Of a DNA stretch of 29,605 bases, positions 24,708 through 29,605 are shown piece by piece. A program made the translations under genes and the position numbers. The notes beneath the pieces are model-generated. The model saw only the letters and a program-made list of their open reading frames with translations. It had not been told where the DNA came from and did no database searches. This DNA comes from a virus (lineage: Duplodnaviria > Caudoviricetes): the IMG/VR virus record IMGVR_UViG_3300017648_000012, positions 1 through 29,605 of that record, one strand, 5' to 3'. Positions within the stretch are counted from its first letter, which is position 1. Each line of letters begins with the position of its first letter.

Positions 24708-25706
24708 TTAGGCCGGAACCGGCGTGATCCCGTCGAGATATCGAACACCGTTGCTCTTGAAGATCTGCAACTGGCCGACGCGACCGATGCCCGGAACCGT
24801 GTACTGCAGCGGGCCATCCTGGTAGACGTTCAGGAAACCGTACGGCATCGGCATGGGCAGTTCGAGAACATCCTGCGCGTTGCGATAGCCGATTGCACGG
24901 CCACCACCTGCTACGCCGACAGTTGCCGCCGTCGAAAGAACGGGAAGTTCGCGGATGGTGATCGGGCGGCCAGTGCGGCGCGTGTATTCGTTGTTTGCAA
25001 CGAAATACTGCAGGATGTTCATGTTCGGGCTGGTCACGCCGTAAGGGGTGTTGACCAGGTAGGTCAGTGCGAGCGGTGGCAGCAGGATAGTATCAGCCAA
25101 GAGCGACGTGAGGACGCCCGTGGTCGACGGCGGCCCCATTACCAGACTGTTCAGTTCAGCAACAATCTGTTCCGGAGTCTTGTTTCCGATACCAGAATTG
25201 AGAACCCAAGCAGTCTGTGGCGCTGCGGTACCCGTTGCTGGAGCGGCAGTTGGCGTAATGTACTGGTTATTGATGAAACCAGTCCAGCCAGGGTGGCCCG
25301 CACCAATAAGGGCAGTCTCCCAGACAAACACCTCCGCTGCGAAGCGGGCTGCGGTGGCCTTGCGGGCAGTCAGCGGATAGCTGGCGAAAGTGGCCTTGCC
25401 AAGCTCTTCGATATTCCAGCGATAGCCAACCGCGTACATTGCAAAGGTGCTCGACACCATCTGCAGGGTGACGTCAGCAAGCGGTACGTCCTTGGCATAG
25501 CCTGACTGCCACTTTGCCGCTCCGACCTTGTCACCGATATAGGTGTCAACGCCGGATGCCCACTCGGGATAGTTGGTGTTGACCGGAACCAGAGATGCAT
25601 AATCCATCTCCGGATACTCGATCTCGAACGCACGGGAATTGAGCACGTGCGACTGGTTACGGACAAAGCCGATATCGACCCCGACCGCGTCGTTGAGATT
25701 ACGCAT
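24708..25706 (-). CDS. Major capsid protein (DUF2184-like, HK97 fold)
   Basis: G.AKW......DVP.AD, GY.W..EEL, GF.N, DTILLP motifs; 332 aa. Confidence 0.88.
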   Translation of the reverse strand: MRNLNDAVGVDIGFVRNQSHVLNSRAFEIEYPEMDYASLVPVNTNYPEWASGVDTYIGDKVGAAKWQSGYAKDVPLADVTLQMVSSTFAMYAVGYRWNIEELGKATFASYPLTARKATAARFAAEVFVWETALIGAGHPGWTGFINNQYITPTAAPATGTAAPQTAWVLNSGIGNKTPEQIVAELNSLVMGPPSTTGVLTSLLADTILLPPLALTYLVNTPYGVTSPNMNILQYFVANNEYTRRTGRPITIRELPVLSTAATVGVAGGGRAIGYRNAQDVLELPMPMPYGFLNVYQDGPLQYTVPGIGRVGQLQIFKSNGVRYLDGITPVPA

Positions 25707-25734
25707 TGTGTGATTGTCCTTCTATAGAAACAGA

Positions 25735-26238
25735 TCAGGCAGCAGCCGTGACTGGATCATTGCCGGGAGTGATACGGAGGCGAACGGCGACAACTTCACC
25801 GGCAGCGGCGGCATTGTCGTCAAACTCGCAGTTTGGAAGCAGGATGCGACCAGCAGCAGATGCACCGTAATAGAGGCCACTTGCTGGAACCCAGTAGACC
25901 TTCTGGCCCTTGGTGATGGCAGCACCGGCAGTGACAAAAATCACGCCCATATCGGCTACGCCCAACATCTTGCCTTCGGCGTACTGGCCACCATCTGCGG
26001 TAGCGGTTGCGCCGGAATCGATGTTGGCACGGGTGATGCCGGCGAATACGCCACCTGCGGCGAGCTTCTTCACCTGGTCTGCGCCGGTGCCCTTCATAAC
26101 GGGCTGGCCAAAGCCGATCGGATTGGCGGTGACATCTTCGGCGAACGCCGAGAACGCATTCCACTCTTCCATGTTGGCCATCATGCCCGGGAAACCCTTT
26201 GCAGGCTTCAGGGCAGTTGTCGTCTGAAACGGAGGCAT
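25735..26238 (-). CDS. Head decoration/cement protein
   Basis: G.PGM.A, IGFG.PV..G, GVIFV motifs; between scaffold and capsid. Confidence 0.75.
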   Translation of the reverse strand: MPPFQTTTALKPAKGFPGMMANMEEWNAFSAFAEDVTANPIGFGQPVMKGTGADQVKKLAAGGVFAGITRANIDSGATATADGGQYAEGKMLGVADMGVIFVTAGAAITKGQKVYWVPASGLYYGASAAGRILLPNCEFDDNAAAAGEVVAVRLRITPGNDPVTAAA

Positions 26239-26250
26239 GTGCGGTTCTCC

Positions 26251-27375
26251 TTATGCCTGCTTGCGGTTAAGACGGTCGAGGTACTTCTGGCGAGAGTCCT
26301 CGTACTGCGAAACCGCGTCGTTGGAATTGACGTTCTTGATGGTCGAGATCACACTGCGAAGCGTTTCTGTGCCGGCTGCATCCTCCGCGAGGATGTCGAA
26401 GCGGGCATCGATATACGCCTCGCCCTTGTCGCCCATCGCATCGCCCAGCTTGGCGACCACGACCGCCTTGCGGATAGCAGCGTCGGACAGACCATCCGTC
26501 TTGACTTCCGGTGCGATGGATTTGGCCTTGGCGATCAGGTCGCCGCGGGCCTGCACGGCAGCATCGAGCGCCGCACCGTCGAGAACCTTTGCTTTCAGGG
26601 CGTCGATTTCGGCATCCTTTTTGGCCAGTTCACCGTCCTTGGCCTTGATTGCGGTATCGTGATCAGAAACCAGCTTTGCCTGTGCCGCGTCGGCGTCAGC
26701 GAGCTGCTTCTGAAGCTTGGTGATCACCTGAGCGCCCTGATCGGTTACCTCGATCGAGAGCCCGTCAACGGTGACCGTCTTCAGTGGCTTATCGGACATG
26801 GATTTCTCCTTCTTGCTGTCCTGTTGAACGGGCATGGCGCCCCATGACGCACCGTCACCGATGCGAGCTTGTGAACCGGCTCTCGCTCTATCCACGATGG
26901 CCAGATGATTGATGCGGATGTTTCTCTGCTGCGCGTCGTAGGGCTGGCCGTCAGCAGTCATTCCAGAGGACCAGTCCAAGTCGCAGGTGTAGCCGGCGGA
27001 CAGTTCTCGCTTGTCGTTCTCGACGGCCTGGATTGCCTTCTTATCCTTCAGGATGAGCGGCAACATGATCCATTCGCCGTCCTGCTTGGCAGCGGTGGAA
27101 ACCTCACCAGCAGAAAGCTCTTTCCAGTTGTCGGCAGTGACCGCCTCATCTGGGTGATCGATCGTTACCGGCGCGTGACTGAACGATTGCAGGCTCTCAG
27201 GAGCAAACACCTCGGAGGCGTCGCGGTAAATGCGAACAACCGACATATCCGGGCGCCCTACCTCATGACCGGCATAGAGTTGGATACCGGTGCGAACGCT
27301 GCGCGCAGTGGTCACAAGGTAGCCGTCTCCGGTCCGTCTCGTTCCCGAGATCGGTGCAGCATCAATAAATTTCAT
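26251..27375 (-). CDS. Prohead protease/scaffold (DUF2213-like)
   Basis: DGYL, RTGIQ.Y, PVT.DHP, ELSAGY, NHLAIV..ARAG...RIGD plus helical scaffold C-terminus. Confidence 0.9.
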   Translation of the reverse strand: MKFIDAAPISGTRRTGDGYLVTTARSVRTGIQLYAGHEVGRPDMSVVRIYRDASEVFAPESLQSFSHAPVTIDHPDEAVTADNWKELSAGEVSTAAKQDGEWIMLPLILKDKKAIQAVENDKRELSAGYTCDLDWSSGMTADGQPYDAQQRNIRINHLAIVDRARAGSQARIGDGASWGAMPVQQDSKKEKSMSDKPLKTVTVDGLSIEVTDQGAQVITKLQKQLADADAAQAKLVSDHDTAIKAKDGELAKKDAEIDALKAKVLDGAALDAAVQARGDLIAKAKSIAPEVKTDGLSDAAIRKAVVVAKLGDAMGDKGEAYIDARFDILAEDAAGTETLRSVISTIKNVNSNDAVSQYEDSRQKYLDRLNRKQA

Positions 27376-27456
27376 TGTGGTTACCTACTATCGCTATTGT
27401 TGTAGGTGGGAGAGAATCATGGTCATCTCATTGTGTTAACCAGCAAGGGGCTGAAC

Positions 27457-27615
27457 ATGGCTAAGACACCAAAGGGGCACTCACCAAAAATCGAATCTCT
27501 AGCGGGAAAGACACTAGCGAACCCGAATGCGGGGAAGACCGCGAAGAAGCTCGCCGGGGCCGTGCTTGCTCATTCCGATGGGAAACCCAACAAGCCTGCA
27601 CCTAAGAAGAAATAA
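27457..27615 (+). CDS. Small basic moron protein (52 aa)
   Basis: AAGGGG RBS; Lys-rich; fills an intergenic gap on the opposite strand. Confidence 0.65.
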   Translation: MAKTPKGHSPKIESLAGKTLANPNAGKTAKKLAGAVLAHSDGKPNKPAPKKK

Positions 27616-27622
27616 CCATCCA

Positions 27623-27961
27623 TCATGGTGATGCAGGCATCGTGTTGGTCTTGATGTCGTTCAGCAAGGCCGTCTGCGCCTGCATTTCAGATAGTATGCC
27701 GCGCATCACAGCGAGCATCGTCTGCCCAGCCGCTGCTGGATCGGTCGTGACCGCAGTCTGGGCGGCTGTGCCAGTGACGGCTGTAAGCTGGGCATTGGTC
27801 AGCGGGCCGGTGACGGCTTGGGATGCCGGGAAGTTCGTTACTTCAACCTGACCAGATGCGCCGCCACCGCCACCTTCAACGACCGTAGTCTGCTGGAGAC
27901 TGCCATCTGATGCGATGTAGGATGAAACGTCGGTATTCGGAATGGGAGTGACTGCCATCAT
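27623..27961 (-). CDS. Hypothetical Thr/Ala/Gly-rich protein, possible head fibre
   Basis: ATGA coupling; GGGGG linker, VEVTNFPASQAV. Confidence 0.65.
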   Translation of the reverse strand: MMAVTPIPNTDVSSYIASDGSLQQTTVVEGGGGGASGQVEVTNFPASQAVTGPLTNAQLTAVTGTAAQTAVTTDPAAAGQTMLAVMRGILSEMQAQTALLNDIKTNTMPASP

Positions 27962-28365
27962 CCTCTCCTGATTGTTACCCGCACCGTCTCAGCAACCTTG
28001 CTGGAGACGTTCTTGCGGTTCTTCTCGGTTGCTGGACGCATGAATGGGCGCTCGGCCATCTTGGATGTGCCGTATTCCAGCGCGGCGCTGTATTCTGCAT
28101 GACTGGTTACATGGACAGTGGGCGGGTTCTGCGCTTCGACTGTCGTTTCAATGTTCGTGTCCAGATGGCCGGTATCGCGGTTCGGCGGCTGACCGGGTAA
28201 TGACGGAACATGGCCAGCGCCAGATACAGAGCCCTCGGTGATAGATCGTTCGGCGTCGAGTTCGATATCCTGTCCAGCCGCATAAAGCGCGCCTGTGACC
28301 TGCCTTGCGGCTTTGCGCATGTTCTGCAGGCGCTTGACGTGCTTATCCAGACCTTTGACCGTCAT
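27958..28365 (-). CDS. HK97 gp10-like neck/tail completion protein
   Basis: S.PG.PP..DTG.L...I, YS..LEYGTSKM.ERPFMRPA. Confidence 0.88.
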   Translation of the reverse strand: MTVKGLDKHVKRLQNMRKAARQVTGALYAAGQDIELDAERSITEGSVSGAGHVPSLPGQPPNRDTGHLDTNIETTVEAQNPPTVHVTSHAEYSAALEYGTSKMAERPFMRPATEKNRKNVSSKVAETVRVTIRRG

Positions 28366-29189
28366 CAGTCCGTCCTCAGTATCCCCTTGGCCTTGCAGCC
28401 ACAGAATGGGGCAAACCCCGGCGGGTCTTTCTTGGCGACTTCACTGTTCCAGGTATACACCTTGCCATTTCTGGCCAGATGTTCCGGTCTGTAGTGCTTC
28501 TTTCCAGAGTGCCGCCATTCGAACTCGGTCATTCCGACCTGAAGCTGCCGATCTTTGTCGAGGGCAGATGATAGCTTCTGTGTCTGGTCGGTTGCGATCC
28601 TGAGCGCACGATCCCGCGACAGGTTCAGCGCTTCACTGATCTGCTTGGCTACTTCACGGGCAGGAGTGCGATTCTGGAGGCCGCGGTAAACGATGTCCGC
28701 TATTCGCCCCCTCGCCTGATCGGAAACATCCCTGACCAGAGCGACATTGCGGGCCAGTACGTCATCCAATGTTTCCTGAACGTCGACTGGCTGCATCTGA
28801 GTCGATAGATCGACCTTGGTTGCGTAGTTGATGGCCTGGATGAACCGGCGCATGTGCCAGAGCTGCAACCGGGTTGCCCAGACACGAAACAGGCCCCGGA
28901 ATGACAGGACTGCTCGCACAGCCTGCCCGTCGACGGCTTCAATCTCGGTCTCCACTGACCCTACACGGTCACGCATCAGCTTATCAATGGCGGTCTGTTC
29001 GGCTAGAGCCTGCTTATAAGCCGGGAATATCTGCTCCCTGACGCCGACACGCCAGACCCGCACTACGGTCAGGTAAATGCGGGCCAGTTCGTCTCTCTGT
29101 GCCTTGGTCGGCTCGATCTGGGGCAGTTCGACATCAGTCTTGCGATAGCCGGTCGCCTTCATCTGCCATTTGAGGTCGATCTTAGCCAT
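28365..29189 (-). CDS. MuF/SPP1 gp7-like minor head protein
   Basis: RA..IA.DQ..KL, F.W.HSG, R.EH.ARNGK.Y.W, PPG...CGC.A. Confidence 0.9.
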   Translation of the reverse strand: MAKIDLKWQMKATGYRKTDVELPQIEPTKAQRDELARIYLTVVRVWRVGVREQIFPAYKQALAEQTAIDKLMRDRVGSVETEIEAVDGQAVRAVLSFRGLFRVWATRLQLWHMRRFIQAINYATKVDLSTQMQPVDVQETLDDVLARNVALVRDVSDQARGRIADIVYRGLQNRTPAREVAKQISEALNLSRDRALRIATDQTQKLSSALDKDRQLQVGMTEFEWRHSGKKHYRPEHLARNGKVYTWNSEVAKKDPPGFAPFCGCKAKGILRTD

Positions 29190-29267
29190 TGGCCTAATAC
29201 CTTAGTCTAATACCGACTCGCGGATGAGTTGTGTTCAATCATCCTGTTTAAACTGGGAGGCTTGGAC

Positions 29268-29498
29268 ATGGCATCTTACAAATACGGACAACATCTGACG
29301 AAGAATGAATCTGAGGCTTTCGACCACGAGTGGGAGCCCGGCGAAACACCTCCGAACTCGGGAATTTATCGCTGTAAGAATTGCGGTGATGAGATTGCCG
29401 CGAACAAAGGAAACCCTTTGCCACCTCAAAATCATCATCAACACGCCAGCGGCGATCCCATTAGATGGAAGCTTCTCGTATTCGCCATTCAGAAGTAA
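29268..29498 (+). CDS. YjzC-like metal-binding moron protein
   Basis: GGAGG RBS; PG...P.SGIYRC..CG.E......LPP.NHHQH...W.L. Confidence 0.75.
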   Translation: MASYKYGQHLTKNESEAFDHEWEPGETPPNSGIYRCKNCGDEIAANKGNPLPPQNHHQHASGDPIRWKLLVFAIQK

Positions 29499-29504
29499 GG
29501 GCTC

Positions 29505-29528
29505 TGGCGCCGTTATTTTCCGGCGCCA
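29505..29528. terminator. Hairpin at junction of convergent genes
   Basis: TGGCGCCG/CGGCGCCA 8-bp stem. Confidence 0.45.
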
Positions 29529-29605
29529 TTGCTATCTTCCGTAATCCCTTCCATCCACTTCTCGTTGATCTGCTCGAAGATTTCCGGGCCCAGAACGATC
29601 GTGCG
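29513..29605 (-). CDS. C-terminal 30 aa of upstream gene (probable portal fused to a 2H-phosphoesterase/Acb1-like domain)
   Basis: RTIVLGPEIFEQINEKWMEGITEDSNGAGK*; occupies portal position upstream of MuF. Confidence 0.5.
   Translation of the reverse strand, partial: RTIVLGPEIFEQINEKWMEGITEDSNGAGK

Larger units (their letters stand above)
1..29605. mobile_element. Temperate tailed bacteriophage genome segment (excised/attP configuration)
   Basis: Continuous phage recombination, integrase, attP, lysis, tail and head genes; no host housekeeping genes. Confidence 0.97.

Noticed and set aside
25714-26847. 377-aa + strand ORF
   Set aside because: Antisense shadow of decoration and scaffold genes; no RBS or recognisable motifs
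1-29605. CRISPR array, diversity-generating retroelement, invertible fibre cassette, IS element or cognate restriction enzyme
   Set aside because: No regular repeat-spacer array, reverse transcriptase, invertase, transposase or REase-like gene seen by eye

Overview
This window is about 30 kb of a temperate, long-tailed (siphovirus-type) alphaproteobacterial phage. A Rhizobiales host such as Brucella/Ochrobactrum is inferred from gene style and motifs. Left arm (+ strand, 1-9794): a tightly coupled early operon with a RecE/ExoVIII-like nuclease, a putative annealing protein, two HNH nucleases, a C5 DNA methyltransferase, many small mosaic ORFs, a putative xis and a tyrosine integrase. Next comes an intact attP whose core is the 3' half of tRNA-Pro(GGG), with phage genes on both sides, so this is the excised/virion form. 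Right arm (- strand): lysis cassette, tail fibre and tip, tape measure, chaperones with a -1 frameshift, tail tube, connectors, capsid, protease/scaffold, MuF and the 3' end of a probable portal fusion. Several + strand morons interrupt the late region. Most notable: (i) an unannotated cassette at 11.7-12.06 kb with candidate anti-Shine-Dalgarno hairpin sRNAs and a 38-aa membrane peptide behind an EcfG-like promoter, plus a similar two-hairpin element inside the recombination gene; (ii) a two-polypeptide C5 methyltransferase encoded in overlapping frames; (iii) a Zn-ribbon gene with a LexA-like box next to xis-int. All family assignments come from motif recognition by eye, not database searches.
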